DNA from: Roseibacillus sp.
GTDB lineage: Bacteria > Verrucomicrobiota > Verrucomicrobiia > Verrucomicrobiales > Akkermansiaceae
Assembly (NCBI GenBank): GCA_051251855.1
Contig: JBPOGI010000003.1
Location: 541,241 to 605,240, forward strand
Direction: 5' to 3'
Length of the DNA: 64,000 bases
Position numbers and translations under genes: made by a program. Of this stretch, positions 1-9,471 are shown piece after piece. The stretch's first letter is position 1, and each line of letters opens with the position of its first letter. The notes under the pieces are model-generated. The model had not been told where the DNA came from. It saw only the letters and a list, made by a program, of their open reading frames with translations, and ran no database searches.

Positions 1-496
1 CAAATCCAACGAGGGTTTCTGCCCAATCGGGGACTTGGTCTCCGTCGGAGTCGGTGGCTGTGGTGGTGCTCACTCGGAAGAAATCAAAACCGCTTCCGGG
101 AAGGCTTGCTTTACTAACGACGAGACTTCTAACAGTCCCGTCTCCGGTGACGGGGCCACCGGTGTTGGTCCAAGTGGTGCCATCGGAAGAGTATTCGACT
201 TGGTAGCCAAGGCCTGCCTTTGAAGGCCATCGCACTGTGAAGGAGGTCTCATCCTCGATCAAAGGCAGACAGCGTAGGCAGTCGGTGGGGCTTTCGGGAT
301 CAGTCAGGGAGGCCGCTTCTTCGGCGTTGGAGAAACCGTCTCCATCGCTGTCAGAGCTCAAGGGTACTTCTAAAATTGAAGGGTAGAGCGCTTCGTAGAG
401 GTCGTCGACTCCATTGCTATTCAAGTCAAGTCCTTGAAGGGGGCTGACTTGCGCTAGGAGTAAAAAAGCAGGGGGGATGATAAAAGCCTTCTTCAC
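1..496 (-). CDS. 5' part of a secreted protein with DSDGDG Ca-binding-type motifs (runs off the window edge; not in ORF track)
   Basis: Hand translation from GTG at 496 is open to the edge: VKKAFIIPPAFLLLAQVSPLQG (signal peptide), LDLNSNGVDD, DSDGDGFSNAEE, YQVEYSSDGTTW, FFRV, DSDGDQVPDWAE. Confidence 0.8.
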   Translation of the reverse strand, partial: MKKAFIIPPAFLLLAQVSPLQGLDLNSNGVDDLYEALYPSILEVPLSSDSDGDGFSNAEEAASLTDPESPTDCLRCLPLIEDETSFTVRWPSKAGLGYQVEYSSDGTTWTNTGGPVTGDGTVRSLVVSKASLPGSGFDFFRVSTTTATDSDGDQVPDWAETLVGF

Positions 497-503
497 TAAC
501 TCT

Positions 504-532
504 ATTTGAGATTAATATGTATTAATTGTCAA
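504..532 (-). promoter_or_regulatory. sigma70-like promoter TTGACA-N17-TCAAAT with a 7-2-7 palindrome (ATTAATA-tg-TATTAAT, 511-526) in the spacer
   Basis: Read directly; places the transcription start next to the GTG at 496. Confidence 0.5.
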
Positions 533-608
533 TTCTGTTGAAGTGATTCTTCGATCCGTACTGACGGCAAGGAGATTGAGGGCAGTTTGCGAATCGGCAC
601 TACGGCTC

Positions 609-1214
609 TTATAAACCCTGCTCAGGACTTGTAAGGGGCTGGGCATCTTCACTTTCGACTAGGTCGTCTTCAGTCCACATCTGCCGATCGGGTCCGGCGG
701 AGCGAACTCCCACGCGATTGATATCAATGGCATGAAAGTAGAGAGGACTTTCCCAGCGGTCTAGGAACTCTCCCTGCTCGCTGATCCAGGGTGAATCCGG
801 TGAGAGGAAGCGAATCAGAAAAGGGTTTTTCCCTAGAAGGGCTGCGGTGGTCTCGCGATTTTCTCCTACAGGCAAGGGGTCGGGAGATTTGACGAGGAGA
901 AAGTAGTTATCGAAGACTCCTGCAATTTCCACCAAGTCTTGTTGAGGGCTCGTGTCTTCGCTCCCGTATTGTTTCAAGTAGTTGCTTGAAAGGTCGTCAA
1001 TTTCCGATTCGGTGGGAACTTCAGACACGGTTGTGGAGGTCTTTGAGTCTTGGGTGACTTCAGTTACTTCTTGGGCTGTTTCGGGGGCGCTGCCTGGCAA
1101 TGTCGACTCCGTATTTTGCGGCTCGATGGACTCGCTGGTCATGGTAGCCCGCCAGATGAGAGCAATGAGAAGAGCGAGAATGACGGCAACTGCAATGGAT
1201 AGCTTGGCCTTCAA
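609..1214 (-). CDS. membrane-anchored protein with a GspG/pseudopilin-like C-terminal motif
   Basis: N-terminal TM, S/T/E-rich linker, C-terminal LDRWESPLYF...SAGPDRQMWTEDDL; start overlaps the stop of the PEP-CTERM gene. Confidence 0.65.
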   Translation of the reverse strand: MKAKLSIAVAVILALLIALIWRATMTSESIEPQNTESTLPGSAPETAQEVTEVTQDSKTSTTVSEVPTESEIDDLSSNYLKQYGSEDTSPQQDLVEIAGVFDNYFLLVKSPDPLPVGENRETTAALLGKNPFLIRFLSPDSPWISEQGEFLDRWESPLYFHAIDINRVGVRSAGPDRQMWTEDDLVESEDAQPLTSPEQGL

Positions 1215-1804
1215 AATCGCCTCCGGTTTCGAGTAAAGAGCATCCCACTAGAAATGATAGCTAGAAGGGTGAATGCCGAGGGTTCGGGGACCGCTTGTGC
1301 TTCGAAATCAAGAATATAGTTCGAAGCAGCGCCAGTCTCGTTGAGCCATCCGGCGTAGTTGCCTTCTTGGAGGGTTGAGACTCCGAAAAAGGGAGGAAGG
1401 CCGGTGAGGCCTGGCAAGGTGATGACGGGCAGGATGTTGCCGCCACTCGTGACGGAGCCTTCAGAAATGCCCGTATATCCAATAGCGTCAGAGAAGGAAT
1501 TCGACGGGGGAGAAGAAAGTTGATCGCCTGGCATCATGAGGAGGTAGCTGGCATCCTTTCCGCCGCTGAAGGAAAGAACCCGAATCCCTGTAATTTCCAA
1601 TCCGGCAGGAACCACGAGGCGGAACATGTCTAGATCAGAAGTGTTCCCTAGAAGAGTGCCTTCCAAGACGTTGGAGCCGTCACCGATCACCAATACGGTC
1701 GGTTTGAGATAATCGTCGGAAAGATCGCCTGAGGTGGCTTCGCTGTAGTTGAAGCCTTGGGCTAACAACCCTCCCGAGGAGAGGGCGAAGAAGATCAATT
1801 TCAT
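1211..1804 (-). CDS. PEP-CTERM sorting domain protein
   Basis: Signal peptide; C-terminal AVPEPS + hydrophobic segment + RNRRRF. Confidence 0.9.
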   Translation of the reverse strand: MKLIFFALSSGGLLAQGFNYSEATSGDLSDDYLKPTVLVIGDGSNVLEGTLLGNTSDLDMFRLVVPAGLEITGIRVLSFSGGKDASYLLMMPGDQLSSPPSNSFSDAIGYTGISEGSVTSGGNILPVITLPGLTGLPPFFGVSTLQEGNYAGWLNETGAASNYILDFEAQAVPEPSAFTLLAIISSGMLFTRNRRRF

Positions 1805-1947
1805 GGCCCCAAAATAGTTTGGGAAAGCTGGAAGTATAGGGCTGAGAATGTCAGGATGTCTTAGTGTCAGTATCCGATTGGTATTCCTTAGAATGCGGAT
1901 TGTCAGATTGACTTTATTTTCTGAAGTTTCAAATCTGTTGGTGCGCT

Positions 1948-2598
1948 ATGAATCTCCCCCCTTCCTTCCCTCTGTGCTCAATCTGTCTATTGAGCTGGAG
2001 TCTACATTTGCCGGCTCAAACGGTGACGGTGAGTGGGGTTGATAAGGTGACAGGTCAATTTTTGAATTCCGGAGGGGCAGGGCTTCAAATGGGTTCTGTG
2101 GTGAGGGTCGGTAGTTTTAACCTCTCAGGAGGAGGTCAATCAGTGCTTCAGTTTTCAAATGACTTCAGCGAAATTGACGCTTTGTTTACTCCTTTGGCTG
2201 AAGGGATTCTGAACGCGGGGACGGTAAATCAATCGCCGACTTCTGGAGACCAATTGGTCATTAACGATTTTTCAAATCCTGGCGATATCTTTGGTAATAT
2301 TACCGATACCGATGGCAGTTATTTGGCGGCTGGGAGCGCTCTTTTCCTCTGGGTATTCAATAGTGAAATCATGGGCGATGCTACTGAGTGGGCAATTGTA
2401 GGTTCGACAGATAGTTCTTGGATGATGCCGGAAGAGGAGGGGTCGACGACGTTGACGCCGCAAGATGTTGATACGATTTTGCGAGGTAGTGGAGCTGGAC
2501 CTAATATCCTATTGGAGACTTATGCGGTTCCGGAACCCAGTGTAGTTCTACTGGGTTGTTTGAGCGCGAGTGTGCTCCTTGGACGCCGGAGAACGTAG
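1948..2598 (+). CDS. PEP-CTERM sorting domain protein
   Basis: Signal peptide; C-terminal AVPEPSVVLLGCLSASVLLGRRRT. Confidence 0.9.
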   Translation: MNLPPSFPLCSICLLSWSLHLPAQTVTVSGVDKVTGQFLNSGGAGLQMGSVVRVGSFNLSGGGQSVLQFSNDFSEIDALFTPLAEGILNAGTVNQSPTSGDQLVINDFSNPGDIFGNITDTDGSYLAAGSALFLWVFNSEIMGDATEWAIVGSTDSSWMMPEEEGSTTLTPQDVDTILRGSGAGPNILLETYAVPEPSVVLLGCLSASVLLGRRRT

Positions 2599-3147
2599 TT
2601 ACTCAACCTTCTCGAAGTAAAGGATGGCGGTCTTGCCGTAGTTCTTGCGCTTGATGAGTTTAAGGCCCTCAAGTTCTTCCGGGCTCGTTCGTTCGGACTC
2701 GACTTCGAGCATCAGAATTCCTCCGGGAGCTAATGGAAGTGGCGCGAGGAGGAGGGGGCCAGCGAGGTCGGGGGCACCATTACGGTGATAGGGTGGATCG
2801 GCAAAGATGAGGTCGAAGAGTTGAGGTCCCCGCGGATTTTCAATGAACTTGACTGCGTCGCCCTCGATGATTTTCCCGTTGGTGAATTTAGTATGGGCGA
2901 GGTTTTGGCGCAGGCAGCGAAGGGCGTTGGAATCGTTTTCGATAAAGAGGCAGCTGGCGGCACCGCGTGATAGGGACTCAAGGCCAAGAGCTCCGGTGCC
3001 CGCAAAGAGGTCGAGGACTTTGGCGTTGGGAACGACGAGACTGAGTACATTGAAGACGGCCTCGCGCACGCGATCGGAGGTAGGACGGGTGACGTCGGCG
3101 GGTTCTTTGAGGCGGGTTCCGCGATGGGTGCCGGCGATGATTCTCAT
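2599..3147 (-). CDS. rsmD: 16S rRNA (guanine966-N2)-methyltransferase
   Basis: MRIIAG, TRPTSDRVREA, LDLFAGTGALGLESLSRGA, DPPY. Confidence 0.95.
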   Translation of the reverse strand: MRIIAGTHRGTRLKEPADVTRPTSDRVREAVFNVLSLVVPNAKVLDLFAGTGALGLESLSRGAASCLFIENDSNALRCLRQNLAHTKFTNGKIIEGDAVKFIENPRGPQLFDLIFADPPYHRNGAPDLAGPLLLAPLPLAPGGILMLEVESERTSPEELEGLKLIKRKNYGKTAILYFEKVE

Positions 3148-4679
3148 GGGTTGCTGGGGCTGCTGGGATTGGAAGTCTGTGGTGGAGGAAGTTCTTCGGC
3201 GACCTCCATACTGGTGAAGGCTTTTAAGGAACTTAGGAGTTCTGGGAAGGGGATAAACTCTCCCCGGCGTCCCGTGTTTACCTGGGCATTGGGGAGAAAG
3301 CCTTCGAAGTGGAGGTCGCGATAGAAGCGATCAGGGGTTTCGAGCGGGGATAGCCAGCGGCGAGTCCACCCTCGGCTGATCAGGCTGCCGATAGCGACAT
3401 TCGTAAACCGATCTGCGAGTTCGGGGTCGGATACGATCCGCAAGACGCCGAGGAGGTATCCTCCTAGGTGGAGTTGACCATTGCCGAGGAGGGAGAGTCT
3501 TTCGGAACGGAGTGAGAAGTCGGGAGCGACAAGAGTGGCGTTGCGGAGGTTTGCGCGCGCACGAGCCGTTTCGAAGTGAAAGTGTTGTTCGCGGAGCTCG
3601 GAGAAAACTTCGATCTCATCGAGAGCAGCGTTCGAATCGAAGCGCCAGGTGTTGGGATTGAGCAGAGCGCCTCGGGCCGCTATGTTCGCAGTGATGGATT
3701 TGGCGCGAAGATGAAAGCGGGAGTCGCGGTGGAGGATGTAGTCTGAAAGTGGTTGTGAAGGAAGAGAGGCCTGGAAGCGAAAGTCGCGACTTGCTCTTCG
3801 GGGCGAGAAGCTTCCTCCGACACGGATGTCAAAGGGGATGGCTGAGAGGGCGTCATCGGCCAGTTGGGGCAAGGTGAGGGGAAGGTCTTGATTGGGGAGA
3901 GTCCAAGTGGGAGATTTCCACTCTATGGGAAGGGTGCTGCTGCTTGCGAGCAAGTGCTTCCCCAAGGTAATTTTCTGCCACGAGAGGGATCCTTTGGTTG
4001 GGGGGCCGCCGAGCGGAAGGTTAGCGTTGAAAGAATGAAAGTTGATGCCCTGACCGAGCTTCATGGAATAGACGCGAATATTCGCGTTGCGGAGTCGGAC
4101 CCAGAAGCGCTTTTCGTCGATAGGCTTTGGCTCTAATTGAGGCTGAGGCTTTGTTTTTTCGGTTCTTTTCGGTTTGGTTTTTTGGGCTGGCTGGTTCTCT
4201 GGGAGTGGTGGTTTCGGCTTTGTGGCAGGGGGTGGGCTGACCTTGGGTTGCAGTACTGTGGTCGGTTTGGTGGGCTCGACGATGAGAAGCATCTCGACGG
4301 GGATGTTAAGCTGAGGCTTATCGAGGATTATTTCACGGAAGAGATTTTTCCCGCGAAGAAGTTGGCCCCAATAGGGTTTGAGTTCGACTTTTTGGAGCTC
4401 GAGAAGGGGGAGGAGGGGTTTCTGGGCCTTTTGGGAAGTAGGAAGGGAAGCTGTTAGTTTTTTGACGGTGATTCCGTTCCAAGGGGACCAACTTGCGCCC
4501 GCGACTTGCCACGAGATGCCATAGGTGCGGCGGTTGAGATTTTTTTGGAGAAAGTTCTGACCGGGCTTTGTGCTCAGAAAGAGGTTGCTGCCGGCGTAGC
4601 CGAGCAGGGTGAGGATGATGATGGTGAGGCCTGCGCGTACAAGCCACCGGAGAGGGTGTCGGGACTTGTGAGAGTTCAC
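3144..4679 (-). CDS. hypothetical AsmA-like envelope protein
   Basis: N-terminal TM anchor, beta-rich body, Pro/Lys linker; stop overlaps the rsmD start. Confidence 0.6.
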   Translation of the reverse strand: MNSHKSRHPLRWLVRAGLTIIILTLLGYAGSNLFLSTKPGQNFLQKNLNRRTYGISWQVAGASWSPWNGITVKKLTASLPTSQKAQKPLLPLLELQKVELKPYWGQLLRGKNLFREIILDKPQLNIPVEMLLIVEPTKPTTVLQPKVSPPPATKPKPPLPENQPAQKTKPKRTEKTKPQPQLEPKPIDEKRFWVRLRNANIRVYSMKLGQGINFHSFNANLPLGGPPTKGSLSWQKITLGKHLLASSSTLPIEWKSPTWTLPNQDLPLTLPQLADDALSAIPFDIRVGGSFSPRRASRDFRFQASLPSQPLSDYILHRDSRFHLRAKSITANIAARGALLNPNTWRFDSNAALDEIEVFSELREQHFHFETARARANLRNATLVAPDFSLRSERLSLLGNGQLHLGGYLLGVLRIVSDPELADRFTNVAIGSLISRGWTRRWLSPLETPDRFYRDLHFEGFLPNAQVNTGRRGEFIPFPELLSSLKAFTSMEVAEELPPPQTSNPSSPSNP

Positions 4680-4691
4680 GAAGGTGAGATG

Positions 4692-5387
4692 CTATGGCCG
4701 CTTAACCGCGAAGCGGATGACCATGCTCTTGTCGAAGAGTCGACGGCCTTTTTCTGAGACTTCTTGGATACGATAGACGAGGAGACCGTAGCTGCCGTCG
4801 GAAAGCTTGCCGATTGCGAGGTTTTCTTTCGTGATGCCAAAGCCATCGTTGGCCTCCATTTTCCATTCTTTGCCAGTCCATTCCCCGAGAATGCTGCGCT
4901 TGTCTGCCTTGATGTCTTCGATGCGGTTGAGGGTGCCGCTGGTGGTGGTGTAGGTGTCGGCTTTGGGATCGTAGAACATGGTGGTGATGTCGGAGCCCTG
5001 TCCGGTCACCCGGATGCGCCACCTTTCACCCGCTTTTTCCAAGCGAACGATGAGTTCGCCTTGGGGAAGGGGCTTCATTTCGCGTTTGTCCCAAAGCTTG
5101 AGATATTCTTCGTATTCGGTTTTGGAGAGGCCGAGCTTTTCGTCATAGGGAAGAGGGATGCCTGGTTTGGCGTTCTTGGAGTATTCCTCGAACCATTCGG
5201 GGTCTGTTTTCCGCACTTCGTCGACTTTGGCGATATACTTCTCGATTTCCTCGGGAGGAACTACCGCCACGATTTCTCCCTTTACCGCTACGTCAGGGAC
5301 GAGGTAGTCGGCAAAGACGGCAGGAGCCTTTTCCTGAGCGGAGGTAGAGAGAGTGAAAAGGAGTGAAAGCAGTAAAAAAGTTTTCAT
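4692..5387 (-). CDS. secreted hypothetical protein
   Basis: Signal peptide MKTFLLLSLLFTLSTSA; 231-aa ORF. Confidence 0.8.
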   Translation of the reverse strand: MKTFLLLSLLFTLSTSAQEKAPAVFADYLVPDVAVKGEIVAVVPPEEIEKYIAKVDEVRKTDPEWFEEYSKNAKPGIPLPYDEKLGLSKTEYEEYLKLWDKREMKPLPQGELIVRLEKAGERWRIRVTGQGSDITTMFYDPKADTYTTTSGTLNRIEDIKADKRSILGEWTGKEWKMEANDGFGITKENLAIGKLSDGSYGLLVYRIQEVSEKGRRLFDKSMVIRFAVKRP

Positions 5388-5483
5388 AGCAGGGTGTGTT
5401 GTGGGGGAAGCTTCGTTGGCTGGCGGAGAATCTCAAGCATATAGCAATGCTTGGTGAGCAATCATTTGGGGTGAGAGGACAAG

Positions 5484-5513
5484 AAAAAGGGATCCTCGCG
5501 AGGATCCCTTTTT
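5484..5513. terminator. intrinsic terminator (symmetric hairpin)
   Basis: AAAAAGGGATCCTC-GC-GAGGATCCCTTTTT, downstream of the 5552-5932 gene. Confidence 0.8.
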
Positions 5514-5551
5514 AATCGGAGTCGGGCACACGGCCCAACGATGAGTTAACG

Positions 5552-5932
5552 TCAGCGGCTAGCGCTGCGGCTACGGGAGGGGGTCACGTAGCGACGATTG
5601 CTGCTGGAGTGATGGCTGCTTCTCGTGCTTCTGCTGGTTGAGTAGCGGGGGCTCACGTAGCGACTGCTGTAGCCGTGGCGAACGACGGGGGCGCGGTAAG
5701 CGGTGCGGCAACCGCAATTGAAGGGCTGGCGGTAATAGCTATAGATGGGGCGGCGGTAACCATCGTAGCCGCGGACGACACGCTTGGTGTAAATGGGGCA
5801 ACCACAGCTGGCACGGCCACTAACGTAGGTGTAACCGGTGCCAATACTGATGTGGACACCGGCTTCTGCGGTGTTGGGAGTGGCGACGAAGCCGACCAAG
5901 ACGGCAGCGATTGTTGTGAGTAGTTTTTTCAT
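5552..5932 (-). CDS. small secreted Arg/Tyr/Ser-rich protein with two CGC motifs
   Basis: Signal peptide ending AEA; ASCGCPIY, NCGCR; AAAGGA upstream. Confidence 0.8.
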   Translation of the reverse strand: MKKLLTTIAAVLVGFVATPNTAEAGVHISIGTGYTYVSGRASCGCPIYTKRVVRGYDGYRRPIYSYYRQPFNCGCRTAYRAPVVRHGYSSRYVSPRYSTSRSTRSSHHSSSNRRYVTPSRSRSASR

Positions 5933-6563
5933 AGTCTGGTTCCTTTCTTTTCAGTTGGGGTTCGCAAGCTAGGACCCTGACGAAGGGGAAAGTATTCACT
6001 GCAAGGGAACGTTTTCGTGATTTGTGCTCGCTCGGGAGAGAAGAGCGGAAACTTGGAATGACGGACGGCGGGGGCACCATCCTCATGCTGTGAGCTAGCC
6101 AAGTTACAACGGACCAGTTTCGATAGAGGATGGGGGGATGTTTCTAAATTTCGCCTATTTTCGCACGCAGATGGAAGAGGGGGGGAAATTGGGTTGAGAG
6201 GGAGCCCGCTGCGCGGTATGGGGGCTACTAAGTCATCGATATCGATTATCGGACTGGCTGTAAATGCGGAGACCGAACGGGAAAGGATTTTCCGGTGAGT
6301 GAGTTCGCGGTGGCTCAGTTTAGAAAACGGGGATTGGAGCCTCCTGAGTTCATACCGGTATCGGTCCCTGTGCCTGCTCGAGATCCACGAGATCGATAGT
6401 CTTGGGGGGGATGCTGGGAGATTCTCGAAATCAATTGGTTCTGGGTCGTTTGCTTCGATTACAAAACTTTGGGGCAATTGTAGTGAGTAAAAGTCGGAAG
6501 ATCGCGTTCAATAGGGCGAACAAAAACAGCGGGCGGAGACGCTTTGCTGAGTAGAACAAAACA

Positions 6564-6944
6564 ATGAACGAAGAATCAAATGATAACAGTACTGCTCCCG
6601 AGCCTAAGCGTTCGTTTGAGCGCGTTGATGATGCGGTGAAGTCTGCGATGGAAGAAGCTACCAAGAAAGCCCGCGAGGCTGCTCCAAAGGTGAAAGAGTC
6701 TTTGGGTGATATTCTCAAGGATATGGCCTATGGGTTGGCTTACGGATCGAGTTTCGCGAGTTCCTTTGCGAACGAATTTGTGCCGGAGTCCGTTAAGGAG
6801 TCGGTGGCGAAGGGGGCGGCAGATGGAAGTAAGGCGGCTGAGGAGGCTTCCGAGCGCTTGAAAGAAGCGGTCGAGCGTCGTTCCAAGCACCCGGATAAGG
6901 CTGGTGACGGTCCGATCGAGGCCATTCAAGCGCCTGCCGGATAA
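6564..6944 (+). CDS. hypothetical protein
   Basis: 126-aa Ala/Lys/Glu-rich ORF followed by a terminator. Confidence 0.75.
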   Translation: MNEESNDNSTAPEPKRSFERVDDAVKSAMEEATKKAREAAPKVKESLGDILKDMAYGLAYGSSFASSFANEFVPESVKESVAKGAADGSKAAEEASERLKEAVERRSKHPDKAGDGPIEAIQAPAG

Positions 6945-6975
6945 CGATTTTTTTGGCTGTAATGTGTGTATGGTG

Positions 6976-7014
6976 AGAACGGTCCTTGGTTTACCAGGGG
7001 CCGTTCTTGTTTTC
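6976..7014 (+). terminator. intrinsic terminator
   Basis: AGAACGGTCCTTGGT-TT-ACCAGGGGCCGTTCT followed by a T-rich tract. Confidence 0.7.
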
Positions 7015-7073
7015 TGGCTCTTTATCAGAAGAGTCGAAAAAATTTAGTGGCGTGACAGGATACTGATTCTTGA

Positions 7074-7160
7074 GGAGCGTTGACTTCAGTCGTCGAGTCT
7101 TGTGGCTGGAGTTATTTTATGAGGGCCGGAAAGTGGGTGGACGACTGAAGTCGACCTTCC
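7074..7160. repeat. inverted pair of REP-like palindromes
   Basis: GTTGACTTCAGTCGTC (7079-7094) and GACGACTGAAGTCGAC (7140-7155) are reverse complements with 1 mismatch; GGA-containing outer ends. Confidence 0.6.
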
Positions 7161-7232
7161 TTTTTGAGAGAGGCATTTTCCTTTGATTTGTTAGGACTGG
7201 TCAAATGTTTAGCTTTCCGGTATAGGGTGGCC

Positions 7233-8162
7233 ATGAGAGTTCTGGTTACTGGCGGAGCGGGTTTTTTGGGTTCGCATTTGATTGATCGCCTTCTGGAGCA
7301 AGGAGATGAAGTCGTTTGCTTGGATAATTACTTCACCGGGCGAAAGGCGAATGTGGCCCATTTACTGGGGAATCCAAACTTCGAGCTGATGCGGCATGAT
7401 GTCATTGAGCCCTTCAAGGCAGAGGTGGACCGTATTTATAATTTGGCGTGCCCAGCGAGTCCTCCGCACTATCAATATAACGCTATCAAGACGATCAAGA
7501 CCTCGGTGATGGGGGCGATCAATTGTTTGGGTTTAGCCAAGCGGACGAATGCGCGGGTTTTTCAAGCTTCGACGTCGGAGGTTTATGGAGATCCGGAGGT
7601 TCACCCGCAGCCAGAGAGCTATTGGGGAAACGTGAATCCGATTGGGATTCGCTCGTGTTACGATGAAGGTAAGCGGTGTGCGGAGACGCTCTTCATGGAT
7701 TATCACCGCCAAAATGGGGTGGATGTGCGCATTGTGCGCATCTTTAACACCTACGGGCCACGCATGAATGCGGAGGATGGGCGGGTGGTTTCGAACTTTA
7801 TTGTGCAGGCCTTAAAAGGGGAGGATATCACCATTTATGGCGACGGAACGCAGACGCGGTCTTTTTGTTATGTGGACGATCTGATTCGAGGCTTTATGGG
7901 CCTGATGGAGAGTGATTATGCGCTCCCGATGAATATTGGGAATCAAGGAGAGTTTACGATGCTGGAGCTGGCCGAGGAGGTGCTCAAGCAAGTAGGGGGA
8001 ACTTCGAAACTAGTTTTTCGAGATCTTCCGCAGGATGATCCTAAGCAGCGCAAGCCGGATATTACGATTGCCCGACGGGAATTGGGATGGGAGCCGAAGG
8101 TGCCCTTGAGCGAAGGGCTAGAGAAGACGATAGCGTTCTTCCGTAAAGACTTGGGGCTTTAG
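7233..8162 (+). CDS. UDP-glucuronic acid decarboxylase (UDP-xylose synthase family SDR)
   Basis: [47 protein letters not shown] 7233 preferred. Confidence 0.93.
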   Translation: MRVLVTGGAGFLGSHLIDRLLEQGDEVVCLDNYFTGRKANVAHLLGNPNFELMRHDVIEPFKAEVDRIYNLACPASPPHYQYNAIKTIKTSVMGAINCLGLAKRTNARVFQASTSEVYGDPEVHPQPESYWGNVNPIGIRSCYDEGKRCAETLFMDYHRQNGVDVRIVRIFNTYGPRMNAEDGRVVSNFIVQALKGEDITIYGDGTQTRSFCYVDDLIRGFMGLMESDYALPMNIGNQGEFTMLELAEEVLKQVGGTSKLVFRDLPQDDPKQRKPDITIARRELGWEPKVPLSEGLEKTIAFFRKDLGL

Positions 8163-8204
8163 GTCGCTGCTTGTATCGTCAGGGCTTTGGGTCATGGTTT
8201 GGTG

Positions 8205-8789
8205 ATGAAGAAAGCGATTGTCTTTTTTGTGCTCACGGCGGTGTGCTGGGTGCTGTCGATTGCGATGGCGGTACGCTTTGTGAAAGCAATTGCTGAGGAG
8301 ACTCATTCGAGCCTAGCGGTGGTGGAGGCTCCTGGGTCGGCGATTTTTGAGATCGAGGAAGCGGGGGTGGTGTCGTTGTGGCACAACTATGAGGTCTTTC
8401 AGGGGGGCAAGACGGTGAGTAACGATTCTCAGCTGCCGGGAGGTTACAGTTTTGAGCTGAGGCCGCTGGGGAGCGCGGCGACTCTGCCGTTCAAGGCCAC
8501 GGGAATGAATACGAATTTTACGAGCCCAAGTGTTTCTAAGACGGGGTTGGGTACTTTTGAGGTTTCTTCGCCGGGGGACTATGAACTCACGGTGACGGCT
8601 CCTGCGGGGCAAAACCGAATCATCTCGCTGAGCGAAGGGACGATGATGTCGGGTTTCGGGAAGATCTTTGGGATTGTGGGGGTGGCGATCGTATTAGGTC
8701 TGATTGGTTTGGTGACTTTAGTGTTAGGAATCGTTTTTATTATCGCCAAGCCCAAGTCTCGGCCTTCTATTCCTTCCGATGCTTCCTGA
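8205..8789 (+). CDS. membrane protein (N- and C-terminal TM, soluble beta domain)
   Basis: Hydrophobic segments at both ends; ATG 8205. Confidence 0.7.
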   Translation: MKKAIVFFVLTAVCWVLSIAMAVRFVKAIAEETHSSLAVVEAPGSAIFEIEEAGVVSLWHNYEVFQGGKTVSNDSQLPGGYSFELRPLGSAATLPFKATGMNTNFTSPSVSKTGLGTFEVSSPGDYELTVTAPAGQNRIISLSEGTMMSGFGKIFGIVGVAIVLGLIGLVTLVLGIVFIIAKPKSRPSIPSDAS

Positions 8790-9426
8790 AGCCCTATTGT
8801 TTGATTTTGATGGCACCTTAGTTGATACCGAGTGGGCGATTTACTCCGCTTGGTTAAGAACGTTCGAGCGCGAGGGGCAGGATTTACCAATTGAGGTCTA
8901 TGTTCAATGTATCGGTTCTGATTTTGCGACTTGGTCACCTCAGACTCATCTGGAGGAGTTGACAGGGAAGTCTTTCGACTGGGCTACGATGGATGCCGAG
9001 CGGCAGGTGGAGATCGAAGCTGATCTGCGTGAAGAAGGTCCGGTGGCGGGAACGCGGGAGCTTTTAACTGCTCTGCAGGGTAAGACTCGGCTGGCGGTGG
9101 TGTCCTCTTCTTCCCATCGTTGGGTGGATGGTTGGCTGGAGCGTTTGGACTTGATGTCGTTTTTCGAGAACGTGACCTGTCGTGGTGATGCGCCACGGAT
9201 TAAGCCGGCGCCTGACCTCTATCTTGCCTCAGCAAAAGCCTTGGAGATTGAGTCTGAACGCTGTGTGGTGATTGAAGACTCGCTTAATGGGGTGCGGTCT
9301 GCAAAATCAGCGGGGATGACGGCCTATGCCATTCCCAATCGCATCACGACCGTGAGTGACTTTTCGGAGTCTGATCAGGTCTTTCAAACGCTGGGTGCGC
9401 TCGGCGACGCTCTTTTTCCTGAATAA
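8779..9426 (+). CDS. HAD-family phosphatase (beta-PGM/CbbY-like)
   Basis: FDFDGTLVDTE, VVSSS, KPAPD, IEDSLNG. Confidence 0.9.
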   Translation: MLPEALLFDFDGTLVDTEWAIYSAWLRTFEREGQDLPIEVYVQCIGSDFATWSPQTHLEELTGKSFDWATMDAERQVEIEADLREEGPVAGTRELLTALQGKTRLAVVSSSSHRWVDGWLERLDLMSFFENVTCRGDAPRIKPAPDLYLASAKALEIESERCVVIEDSLNGVRSAKSAGMTAYAIPNRITTVSDFSESDQVFQTLGALGDALFPE

Positions 9427-9471
9427 GCCCTGTAATAATTCCGCCTCAGGCGGGTAGATCTTCTCAAAATC

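Noticed and set aside
5929..6500. ORFs 5929-6477(-), 5820-6086(-) and 6299-6490(+) in the long intergenic region
   Set aside because: No recognisable motifs, atypical composition, overlap with the upstream region of the 5932 gene; a decayed gene cannot be excluded
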